Assembly (NCBI RefSeq): GCF_018977255.1
Contig: NW_024704742.1
Span: forward strand, 48,610,001-48,674,000
DNA length: 64,000 nt
Direction of reading: 5' to 3'
Source of the DNA: Callorhinchus milii
Taxonomy: Eukaryota
The notes beneath the pieces are model-generated. The model made no database searches. It was given only the letters and a program-made list of their open reading frames with translations, and was not told the origin of the DNA. The position numbers and the translations under genes were made by a program. Below are positions 52,568 through 64,000 of the stretch, piece by piece; positions within the stretch are counted from its first letter, which is position 1; each line of letters opens with the position of its first letter.

Positions 52568-53609
52568 CCGAGCTTGTTTCAGCTTTGCTCTGCTGTGATG
52601 ATTGATGGGCAAGCTCAATGAACCGTACAGCTTGTTGTCCAGGTTTCTATTGAAAAGCCTGGAGAACTTTCCATGACACGCCTAGTGCATGGTGTTGAAG
52701 CTCCATTGATAACTCATGCAGGGGAGCAGAGCTCTCCAGTCAATCAATGTTGCAGTGAGATTGGTCAAAACTGCGGCCTTCAGCTTCACTCTGGCAAAAA
52801 CGTGGTTCTGTATGTATGGGGAGAAGCAGTGCAGTTATTTAAAGGTGATTTTTTTTCCAAAAATCATTGCAACAAATGCTGAAAATTTACAGCAAGTTAT
52901 AATGAATTGGCCTGCCGGAAATTGTAAACAGGTGTACATCTTTATAGCAATCTTCTCTTCCCAACATAATTTAAAATTTTAATGCAAAAGTGTAAAAAAA
53001 AATGCAATACAGTACAGTTCCAGAGTTTGTGCTGCAGTTGCTAACGCATCCACTGCAGTATAAATTTAAAGGGGCACCCGTCTTCATGAAAAAGTTTTAT
53101 TCAAGCCTTGATGCACATCACATTGAACTGCACCATTATGTGTATTCCTTGCACAAACCAGGGGTGTTATGACAAATATAACGCCTGTTCTTTTGGTTCT
53201 TCAATCAACAGCAGCAACAAGGAGCTTGCCACTTTTTAATACTTAAATAAAAGTGCCTCTTTTAATCAATCTGTAAAATATACCAGACTCTTGAGAATTT
53301 AAAATAAAAGCATTGTAACTGATGGCTGGAAATCTGAAATAAAATGCAGCAATGATGGAGATTCACAGTAGGTTCTAGTGAAAAGGTTTACCAGGAACTG
53401 TAGAGTTTTTCTTCAGCCTCTGAATGAAATGCTGTGAATTTCCAGAGTTTTTCTGAACTGAGTTTAGAGCAGAATAATAGCAGAAAGTTAACCATTCCAT
53501 CAACTTCTCCTGTTATGCAAACACATTAACTTTTTAAAAATAAAATAAAACTTTTAAGTAAAATACCATGCAAGAAGACTTTTAGAAGATTTAGAGGGTC
53601 TGTAATTCC

Positions 53610-54207
53610 ATTACCTTAGGCCATGTGTGAATGACTATTCACCTCCTTTTGGTGGGGGTGGGGTGGTGGCGGAGAAGGAGGGACTGAGCTGGTTCCAAGG
53701 TGACGTACAGGCAATGGAATATCGAAATTGAGTCAATCCGCTGGGGCTTTCTCGATAGGTTCTTGAGCCAAATCAATCCAAAGGACTTCAAGTCTCCACT
53801 GATGATAGATCAGCCAGACTTGCTCGTTGTCAAGGTTTGGAGGGGAATTCTTGGAGGGTCACTGAGAGAAGAACTGCTTTTCATTTGGCTCTAGTGAAAC
53901 CTGCAGGCCAAAGCCCTAATGAGTAGGACAGGCAGTGCTTGCAATGACATGCTATTTGGTTTTAGCAGGTTCCAGCATTACGCCAATGCACACTCTGGGG
54001 TCACCAAAAGTAAGCTCATGCAGCCTAAACTTGAATTAGGTAAGCAGGGTGTGACCCTCTGGGGTGAGAGTGCACACTCTTTTACAGCCAAATGAGAAAT
54101 TTCCATGTGTAGGTGTCATACATATGTGGAACTCTGTCTAATTTGGATACTCTTAACTGTGATGATGGGTTTCCACATGTGTCAGCCACTTAGCTGACCA
54201 AATAAAA
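53610..54207 (+). mobile_element. Family X copy
   Basis: Collinear with 1-632; ends GTCAGCCACTTAGCTGACCAAATAAAA. Confidence 0.75.
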
Positions 54208-54954
54208 TGTAGAAACGCATGGTTACAGAATGAATTCTGTACATAATTAATTCTGTAACCAATAACCGATGAAAATGATTACAGCATATGAATTGCATTA
54301 GTTGTTGCTGATATAATTAAGGGACATCTGTTATTTCATCTGTGTACATACATTTACATATGGTTTACACACACATATGCAGTGATGCATATGTGTCTAA
54401 ATGTGATTTACACCACTCGAAGCATAGAACTCAGTAGTTACCCAATTTCTAAACCTGACATCAAGCGTGAGTTAGAATAGGACATGACATAATGAATTTT
54501 GATTTCAAAAGTTGGATGAAATTATGAGGGTGGTGGGAAAAATAGGGAAGACAGATGAAGTTGAGGAGGGTGATTGTAAGGGCGAAACCGAGGGGGTAGA
54601 TAAGTGAAAGGAGATTGCAGGGAATACAAAGTTTTGGCGGCTTCTGTTTTACAATTCCATTTCAATGCAACACAACCCAGAGAGGCCTGTAACTTGAAGC
54701 CTGTTGGCAACAATTTGCACAGATTTTCCCTATAATCCTTTGATTTCTTGCATAGAATTAAGAGAAGCGATAGAGGTCTAATTGTAACTCTAGAAGTACT
54801 TTATTTGCAGAAAAAAGGAAATCACATCATCTGTGAAAGACTGCATTAACACTCCGCTGATTGCTCAGCAAGTTTATTAAGTGAGTGGTTCAGCCACACT
54901 GTCAGGAAGATAGCTGATGGAACTATGGAGACAGTAAAGGCAGATTCAATAGAC

Positions 54955-55198
54955 TTCAGCTATCTGCTGCTTATCCAGCTAGGACTGCCCTATGGGTTAG
55001 GGCTTTGGCTTGCAGGGTTAACAAGAGCTAAGTGGGAAGATTCCCTGCCTTAGTGAGTAAATTTCCCCCCCATTCAAGTTCTGCTGATGAGCCAGGTTGG
55101 CTGTGCTGTCATCAGCAGTGCTCTGGAGTACTTTGGACATGCCCGAATCCATCCTCTCTGCCCAGAGAGCATTGACTCAGTTCAAATATTCCATGGCC
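54955..55198 (-). mobile_element. Family X fragment
   Basis: GTTAGGGCTTTGGCTTGCAGGGTTAAC and CTGTCATCAGCAG blocks. Confidence 0.7.
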
Positions 55199-57289
55199 AA
55201 GCATATCATTTTAGAGCTAGCTTAATAGGAGCTCCAAGGAAACCCTGGAGTGTAGCGACTGTTTTTGCAGGCAAACGTGGCTGCCAAAAAGGTCACATAA
55301 GATGCTATAAATGATCTATTAATCTGGAGCATTGTTGGTCAGGACACTAGGGGACTTCAACATCAACCTATAATGTCTCATCTAGAAGATGATACCTGCA
55401 ACTATGCAGCACTCTCCCACGCTGCACACTGTATCAGCGTAGAATATGAGCTCATGTCTTGATGTGGGGTTTGAACACAAGCCCACTAGAAGACATGGTC
55501 TACCAACTAAGCCAGGTTATGCTGAGTATGAAATAGAAACAAACAAACAAACATTAATATTTTACAATTACAAATACATTGTAACTGGGACTGAGTGACA
55601 CAATGCTGCTTTATCATATCCCTGGGATCTGGCTTCACATACATTCTAGTTTGATGAGACTGCATTCTTCTCTCTCTACAAGCTTTAAGCATGAAATTCA
55701 TTTGTCAATAAAAATATCTGACTGGTGTGATAGGCGGCTCTCTTCAGAGTTTGGTTTGTCACAGTGTTTGGACAATTGGGCAAATAAAGGGAATGTTGTG
55801 TTGCACCTGATCTGTATTGTATCGTTTCCTGAGGCTGCTTGATCCTGCCACTGACTGTCCCAAGCAGTGAACATCTGAACATAAGTCCATCTAAAATTGT
55901 TTTGAAAATAATACATTAGTAGCAAGTATTATCTTTAAAGATGAGTGATTGTTTCAGTCATAAACATCAAAACACATGAGTGATACCTAAATCACTTCTT
56001 AAAATTGAGAATTCAGGTGGAATTATTTGAGTATCAATACAGGCTCAGTGTGAGGTTGGTGACAGAGTTAATCGTTCTGTGTTTGTCATAATAGTTTGCG
56101 TCCAACTGTTAAAATGAAATAAAAGTTAGTTACTCAAGCTTTTTGCTGACCACTTTGTGTTGCTGAACATTTTATCAGCACATCTCAGACTCTTGGCTAA
56201 TTCTGGAATTTCCTGACATCTGGTGTAAGAGAGAAGCCAAAAGATCTAATGACCTAATGTCTGCCAGAAACAAATCTAATGGCCAGTTCCGTGATTTGTT
56301 ACAGTGGGACTTATTTATACATGGTCTACTTATTTATATTCAGATTTAGGTCTTGTCTTTCTCATACCAAATGCTTGAAAACTTTAATGACAATTCTGTT
56401 TTGATATGGCAGTAATTGCCCAAGGGATTAATTTAACAATAATCTGTTAGCTCCTTTTGAAAACTAAGCATGGTCCCTGGAAATATACTCATTAATCCTA
56501 AACTACTTTCCTTCCCAGTTACATTTGACAGTGAAGAGAGTGCAATAAAATGATGCTGTTTAGCTGCAGACGATGGAACTTTCAGTGAGAGGTCACATTT
56601 CAGGGTCGAAATGCTGCACAAAACATTAGTAATGTAAATTAAGATGCCTGTTGAAATATGGAGGGCTACTGGGAAAAATGTTAATGTTACATAGAAAATT
56701 CCTGTGAAGTTTTTGTGCCTGAGTTTATTTTGGATATGCATGCAGCATATACCACATGCAGCCCAACAGAGTCTCGAAATATCCATGTGATTTTGACAGT
56801 TTTCTTCTGAACTGCAAATTGTGTTATTTTTCTTGGGACACTACAGCCTTCTGTATACACAGCTCTTTGTTATAGTGTAGACTACTGCATTGCTTTTGAT
56901 CTTCAAAGAACTTTAGATAAATATATGTATCTATGTAGCAAATTATCAACAAGGTCCACAAGGAAAAGGACAATGGTTAGGTGTCAAAAATCATTAGATA
57001 TTATTAATATAATAAAAGTGCGTACAAAATTTAAATGTATAACGATGTGTCTACTGTCAATGCATACATGAGGGAGAGGGAATTAGGGGGGGTGAAGGCT
57101 TGTGTGGGGTAGAAACGTGGAGTAATTGGGCCTAATGGCCAGTTTCCATGCTGTATTATTCTATATAAAACCTGGTGTATCGCTGGGGGAACCTCCTCCT
57201 AGTAAAATATAGCGATTGTGATTCCATTTTTTAAAATGTTCTATTGACACAGGTGTATAAGCATAGAATATATTTCATTTCTCATTGAA

Positions 57290-58233
57290 ATCAAAATTCA
57301 TAAATTTTGCACAATTGGCTGCCCCGTTTCGCCCACAAAATATACAGTCAACACAACATCTTCTGTTACAATGTTTCTCCCTTTCTCCCAATACAAAAAA
57401 ACATTCCATTGTTTACAGTACCTTCCTTCACCGTACGTAGGTTGTGCACACGGTTTTTGGGACGTTCCCTTTAAAACTGTCAGGAGTTGTCCCTGTGTGC
57501 ACCACATCCACGTGGCACCCGCACACACCCTGATAATGTGCACTTGTCACTTTCGGAAGGCGCCCGATGTGCCCTGCACTAGCACATGTTTACCATACAT
57601 ACATTTTCAGGACACTGTTTGGTTACATCTCGAGCGTCCTGCTGTACCCTTACGTTTATTTCAGTCAATTTTGGGTGCGCTTGTGGGCTACCCGTTGGGT
57701 GTGCCCCGAGCGGGATGTGTCAGAGTAGCTCCTGCCAGGGTCAGACCCCATCTGGCCTTTGCCACGGTTGAGCCAAACTTCAGCTTGTCCCTCAGTATAT
57801 AGTCCTTGATCCTAGCGTGCGCCAGCCTGAGGCAGGCCCTCTCCGTCCCCTTGTTCTGCCAGTGGAACACCTGGTTTAGGGAATGCCAAAGGGCCTCCTT
57901 TACTGAGTTGATGATCCTCCAGACACACTTGGTGTGGGTCTCACTGAGAGTGGCCAGCAAGTGGCCGTACAGCACCGTGAGCCGTGACAGCAGTTCCCCA
58001 GGAACAAACTGCGAGAGCAGCCATTCCATCTGTTTCCAAACCAACTTCGCATACCGACACTCCAGGAGGAGGTGGTCCCCGGTCTCCTGGCCTCTGCAGC
58101 CAGCCCGAGGGCAAAGTGCTGGCTGGCCCAGATCTCAACCGTGCATGAAAGCCCTGAGGGGGAGGGCCTCTTTTATCACCAGCCAGGCCATGTCCTGATG
58201 GTTGTTGGTCAGGGCCGGTGATGAGGCGATCTG
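57290..58233 (-). mobile_element. Tx1/L1-clade LINE 3' fragment (ORF2 C-terminus plus 3'UTR)
   Basis: CCHC knuckle CPRAGCRGQETGDHLLLEC (58057-58113), then VWKQM...WRIINSVKEALW...LRDKLKFG. In-frame stop at 58135-58137. Confidence 0.85.
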
Positions 58234-60256
58234 CTAAGTGGAATTTAAGTGCACATCAAGCCTTTGGTGAACCAGCATTTGCATATTGTTTCATTGGAAA
58301 AGGAATAACAAGAGTTGCTAGCGTTTTACTCACTTTAAAACATTTTAATGATTCCAGTAGAGCACATTTGAGCTTTAAATTTTAAAATTGGCTTCAGACC
58401 AGCTGCAGGTTGCAGGGACCCTACCCTGCGTGAAGAGCGCTAAATAATGCAAGTTGTTGTTGTTGTACATCCAGTGTAAAAGCAGAGTGGTTTGAGGCCA
58501 CTTTAGTAATTTCTCAGTCCTTTAACTTCACTTTTATAGTACAGGATTTTGATAATATCATTTTCATCCCTAATTATAAATACAGTACATTTGCAGTATA
58601 ATAATAAAATAAAATTAGCCCCCAGCTCAGATATGTAGTGCTTCTCCAATTTTTCTCTTGCCCTCTTGCCACTTTTTTCCCTTTCTCTCGAAGACGTGCT
58701 TTACCTCTAATATTGCATTGTTTCAAGCATCTATTTAATTCACTTTTAATAAATTTTGTGTACTGTGATAAAATACATTTTTGCTCTTCCAACACTGACT
58801 TGCCAACTAATGGACATAATCTATCACTATTTACTCAAACATAAGGCTTCATAATTGAGGGTTTGTGGCCTCCCCTCCCGCCTCCTGCCCTAACTTGTGA
58901 CAGGACAGGACAGAGGCCACATCACGGCCCTCCAATAGACCAATAGAGTCCTCTGTGATGCATCTGAGCATGTACGCCAAACCTCGGCTGAGCAATCACA
59001 CCAGCCACAACACCTCCTTGTGGCCCAGGAGGACCTCTGACTAATTTGCCACGACAGTTAACTTGCTGCTGAGCCATTTCTCCTTGGAGTTGATGAGCTG
59101 GGCCAATAGAAAAGAGAGCGGGGTAGTGGCATTGATTTGGATAGCTCTTTCAAAGAGCCTGTGCAGACACGATGGGCCGAATGGCCTCCTTCTGTGCTGT
59201 ATGATTCTAACTCACCAAACCTGCTAGATTCCTGCAGAAACTCCACAACAACAATTCGCACTTATATAGCGTTCTTCACATGGGGTAGTATCTTGGAGTG
59301 CTGACCATATTCTATCTCTCTCCTTCTCTTCCTGCCCTTTGCTCTCTTTGCCTCCCACTATACTGATGTTCCTCCATCGCTACACTGCAGAGTCCTGTTT
59401 TCTGGTAGAATGCCATACCTTTCTTCCATGCCGTGCAATTGACAACAGTTTTGCTCCTCGGTAGAGTAGTCTTCATGGCCCTCGGCAGCAAAGATTTCAA
59501 TAAATATAAACATTCTTCTGTCTGACCTGCCCTTCACTTCAGGGCCACATGTTTCTCCATGTTATTCTGGCATCCATATTGGCAGATTACCAGTGAGAGA
59601 ATATTAAGATATTTAAATATGACTCTTAGCTGCTCTTGGTAGTAAATCCTTACTGTCACCAGCATGTAAATCTAGGTCATCATTGTTCAAGTAAAATTAT
59701 TTACTTTAGCACATGTTTATGTTAGGAACCTTAGGAAACTTTCTGGATTGATAATTTGATATATAAATATACAAATGTGTGTGCAAAGCAAAATTACGAT
59801 GAAATTTAGATAAGCATCCAAATTCCCTAAACGATTGGTCAACAATTATAGCAAATTCTTATTGGGGTTGAGTGCCTTATTGGGGGAATGTTTAATTTTG
59901 GGTACTGAATGCAGCATTGGAATTTTAACCACTACTGTTAAGCCAATGGAATTTAACCCAGTTAAAATTCAGGAGTCACAAGTTCATTTCTGCCACAGGT
60001 CAGCCTTCCAGGAACATTTGTGAGATTTCACTTGGGACCTTGCTGCTGGCCCAACGTAAGGAAAATCACTCTTCAAAATAAATCTGGTAAAATCGCAAAA
60101 TACCCAATTGTCACAGCATCTTTTACCTCTTGGGGTAAAAAGAAATATCGTTATAAATTGCCTCTCCTGCATTCCCCATTAACGTGCTGGTTAGAAAAAT
60201 AAGACTGCTTGCAATTCAAGAGATTTTCTTATTGTTAACTGATACAGATGAGAATA

Positions 60257-60498
60257 ACAGACAGCAGAGGATTTCATACCACACAAGTGGAATGCATTGC
60301 CTGAAAGGGTGGTGGAAGCCAATTTGATAACAACTTTTGAGAGAGAAATCGATAATTATTTGGGGTGGACAAGTTTGCAGGGCTATGGGGAGAGAGCGGG
60401 GGAATGGGATTGATTTGGATAGCTCTTTTCAAAGATCCAGCACAGACACGATGGGCCGAATGGCCTCCTTCTGTGTTGTATAATTCTATGATTCTATG
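60257..60498 (+). mobile_element. CR1 3' fragment (shorter CR1 tails also at ~59108-59210 and ~18713-18780)
   Basis: TGGAATGCATTGCCTGAAAGGGTGGTGG...GATGGGCCGAATGGCCTCCTTCTGTG...ATTCTATGATTCTATG. Confidence 0.88.
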
Positions 60499-61825
60499 AA
60501 GTGCTCCTTCTGGGCATTGCTCAGTTCCTGCAGTTTATTGCTCTGAATCACTGCTGGAACAGCTTGTCTATTCCACTGAAAAGAGCAGCGCAAGGGTATT
60601 CACAGGATAAACCAACCTGAGAGAGGTGGTTTCCTGAAATATAAATCGGCCAGGACATCTGGACTACATAAATGCGGTTACACATTGGCAGACGATGATA
60701 GCAGTTTTGCACTGAAATGAAAAATGTTGGATGAACTGTTTTTCAGTATCTTCTTAAATATTTAAAATGAAAATTTCCTGGCATTTTTGTATCTTGTACA
60801 GAAATTCTCTTTTGATAGCTGCGCTGTGTGAAGAACATTTTAGGCAAGATGCATGTGTAACTTAGGACTAGAACATGATTTAAATTTCTCTCTCTTGCCA
60901 GCATTAGTAAATCAGTTTTAAAGGAGTTCATAAAGCACTAGGGTTCATATATTATTAGTGTAAACCAAACATGTAACCCAAGTACCAGGTTTTATAGTAC
61001 CAGTGTGCCTCTTGCTGTGACGTTCAGAGCAGTTGTATGCACGATTGAGCACTTGTACTGTCACTGTATTTTTGCAACTGTTGTGCTATGAGGACAGTTA
61101 TCGAATCAGCTGAAATGAAACTTGTCACTGATCGCGTTGAAGTGTGTTAACAGGACAACATCTTCAAGAAAAAGGTGTTTGAAAGCGAAGAAAGAACTTG
61201 CATTTTATCATACAATTTCAAAGTGTCTCAAATTGCTTTATAGTAATTATACCGACAAGCATAGTAACTATTTTTGTAGGCAAATACAGCAGACATTATA
61301 CACACAGAAAACCCCACAATCATGAGGTGAACGACCAATTTATTGCAAGATTTATTGGCCTGGATAATGGGAACAAACTCTTTCTTTTAAAATACAGTAG
61401 GTTTCAATATCGACCTACGAGTTTATTAACAAACTAATGGAGTAAGTGTTGTTAAATATTTAATGTTTAATGCCATCCAGATTGCACCTCAATTTAACAT
61501 TTTGCCCAAAGGATAACACCTCCACCACACGCTTCCCCACTGCTGCACTGGAATGTCAGTCTAAGCTATGAACTCAATTTCCATTGTAGGACTGGAAGCC
61601 ACAAACTTCTGACCCAGGGGCAAAAGTGCTGCTGTTGGCAAACCCTTTGGTCAAAGGTGACATGCATGTCTTCAGGTTGTTATGTTCCTGACTCTTAACA
61701 TCGCTGACCATTTATTTTGTTTCAGTAGGTTTCAATGCCGAGCTATGAGTTTATGAAGAAACGAATGGAATAACAAAATTGTTCTGTTGGCTCTTGTCAA
61801 CCTTGGCCCTAATACTCTCCAGAAT

Positions 61826-61986
61826 TAAGTAAGCAAGGAGCGTTCCTCCCGGGACAGAATTCCATTCCAGACTTAGGGTAACTTCTACGTGTAGATAGTT
61901 ATACTATGTGGAGAGCCATCTAATTTAGATACTCTTAACCATAGTGATGGTTTTCTGCAAGTGTCAGGGACCCAGCTGACCAAAAG
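61826..61986 (+). mobile_element. Family X 3' fragment
   Basis: GTAAGCAAG...ATTCCATTCCA...TCTAATTTAGATACTCTTAAC...GTGTCAGGGACCCAGCTGACCAAAA. Confidence 0.7.
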
Positions 61987-63100
61987 GTGTCTGTTCATGT
62001 GTGCCTCTAATTACTATGATGTTGGCACTAGCATGATTTTAAAAACTGCATCTATTCATTATCAATGCTCGTTTCTTGGTCTAATCCGAGTAATATACCA
62101 TTACATAAGGAATGGCACTTGATGGTTGGTTATCTATTTTGTCAATTCTGTTTACATTTTTACTCTTGATGTATCAAAGTTAACAGAAAGACAAAAAAAT
62201 AAAAGTTTATGAGTAATCCTGTTAAAAAGCAGTGTGTGTGGATGTTAAAGAACACACGGCAATTTGAAACGAGAAGGAAGTTTCTCCTGGCCAAGAATCC
62301 TCCAAATGCAATTGGACCTTCACTTCATAGCTATTTGTGGGATGTTGCTAGGTGTAAATTGGCTGCTGGTTTGCCTACAATTACATAGTCACTATATTTC
62401 ACAATAAAATCCAGTGAAGTCCTTTGAGTTGTTGTGATGTGCTGCCCCACAACAAATGCAAGGATTATTATTGTGATTATAGATTTATATATAGATTTAT
62501 ACCTTGCAAATATGAAGGACAATTGCTTTAATAGATACGAAAAGGCTAGACTGGAGATTTACTAAGCATTACATAAAACAACAATTTACACTTACTCTTT
62601 GCCTTTCGTTACAAACAGTTACAGAATGCTGAAAGTTTGCCTGCCGATGGAGTGTATATATATATATAATATATATAGAGTAATATCTGGTGCATGATGG
62701 ATAATGCTGATACCACTCAGAGATGGTGTAGGCAGATTTATGAGTATATCTGCAGCAATTTTAATCCCATATCAGTTCTCACAAGATCAATGAGTCAGAT
62801 TATCTATTTAGTATTCTTGGTGCTGTAGATTTTTACTCGTGAGGAATTGGATAGAGATTCCCCAGATGCATTTTACTTAGGACCCTTACAGGCAGCAAAG
62901 AGAAGAAAATTTAATTCCATTCGTCTGGGGTCAAACCAAGGTCCCAGAGGTGAAACGACAATGTGCCAACTTGCTGTACTATGCAATTCTCCAATTTGAA
63001 GGTCATAAAATAATCCCAATTAGTTGAGTGAATAAAAGCCTGGGTGCTGGCAGTTGCAATCTACAGTCTCCTGGATTAGAGAGGCAAAGATCAACCATAT

Positions 63101-63420
63101 TGGAGTCCTGTAGCTCAGTGGTTAGAGCACTCGTTTTGCAAGTGAGAGACCTGAGTTCAATTCCAGGCAGGGCGAAACCTTTGGCAAGTTTCCTTACTAC
63201 ACACAGAGCCTAATAATAATCCCTCCAAAACCAAAAACAATAATAAATTGGTCATTTTCAATCTACGACTGTTTGTGGGACATTGCTGTGCGCAATTTGC
63301 TGCCGCGTTCGCCCACAAATATACAGTCAATTCACTTTACAGTGTGTTCTGTGAAGCGCTTTGGGACGTCTAGAAGACATGAAAAGCGCTATATCAAATG
63401 CAAGGATTATTATTATTATT
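63101..63420 (+). mobile_element. SINE subfamily A, full length, inserted in an older AmnSINE2-like element (~63020-63100 and 63421-63620)
   Basis: TGGAGTCCTGTAGCTCAGTGG head through (ATT)n tail; downstream GGGTGAGGACAGGATC...GTCTAGACTCGCACATG. Confidence 0.92.
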
Positions 63421-64000
63421 GTATTCCCTGCTCCTGAGTGTATGTATATAAATGTTGGGTGAGGACAGGATCAGGCACTGTTGTGAAGCTCCACGCAGCC
63501 AAATACAGTATCCCACTGACAGTGTCTAGACTCGCACATGACAATATACCTCGTGGGGTAACGTACCAGAGGGTGGTCCCTTCACTTATGAAAGTTATCT
63601 AAAGGCCAGCATGTCTTGACAAACTGGAAAATGTCGAGAGGAAATAAACATGTTCTCAGGTAAAAGTGGAGAGATATGGTTCACAACCAATATAGATTTT
63701 CAACAGATATACTGACTGACTGAGTGAGTCAGAAATAGTGAGAAACAGTCAGAGAAGCAAGCCCATAATATGACCACTAGGAAAATGTACCGTAGCAAAC
63801 CTTTCTGCTTTGTAGGAGAATATAATGAGAACCTTAAGAGTTTTTATGTCACGCTTCAGTGAAATACGCAAATTCACAAATACTGGGCTACACTGGTGTT
63901 ATTATATCATTTACATTTAATTATGAATATATTAATAAAACCCTGCTCCAAATTAAATTTAAATATGTTTGCAGATCATATATTGGGTATGGACGTGTAA

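Overview
Vertebrate genomic DNA, most likely from a cartilaginous fish. That assignment is inferred from the repeat content (abundant L2 and CR1 LINEs, tRNA-headed SINEs with L2 tails, Penelope-type palindromes); the species cannot be fixed from sequence alone. Two protein-coding genes are supported on the + strand. The first is a complete 9-exon UCHL1 (CDS 38938-45024, 223 aa, all GT-AG introns, catalytic Q84/C90/H162/D177). The second is coding exon 1 of LIMCH1 (51473-51568), which reproduces the known UCHL1-LIMCH1 gene order. The rest is intergenic or intronic and rich in mobile elements: a young L2 with an open RT domain, CR1 and Tx1-like LINE fragments, two SINE subfamilies sharing the L2 3' stem-loop, older Deu-type and AmnSINE2-like SINEs, a hAT-type MITE and several nested insertions. 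Most ORFs in the supplied track are repeat artefacts. The leads worth following are: (1) an unidentified ~600-bp structured repeat family in six copies, with evidence of retroposition; (2) a Penelope-type palindromic insertion with a 15-bp target duplication and a partial hammerhead ribozyme core; (3) splice and polyA signals for a possible antisense or divergent transcript from the UCHL1 promoter; (4) an unexplained perfect 30-bp inverted repeat. None of these is established as a new system without database searches and RNA data. Repeat boundaries are approximate unless junction sequences are quoted.
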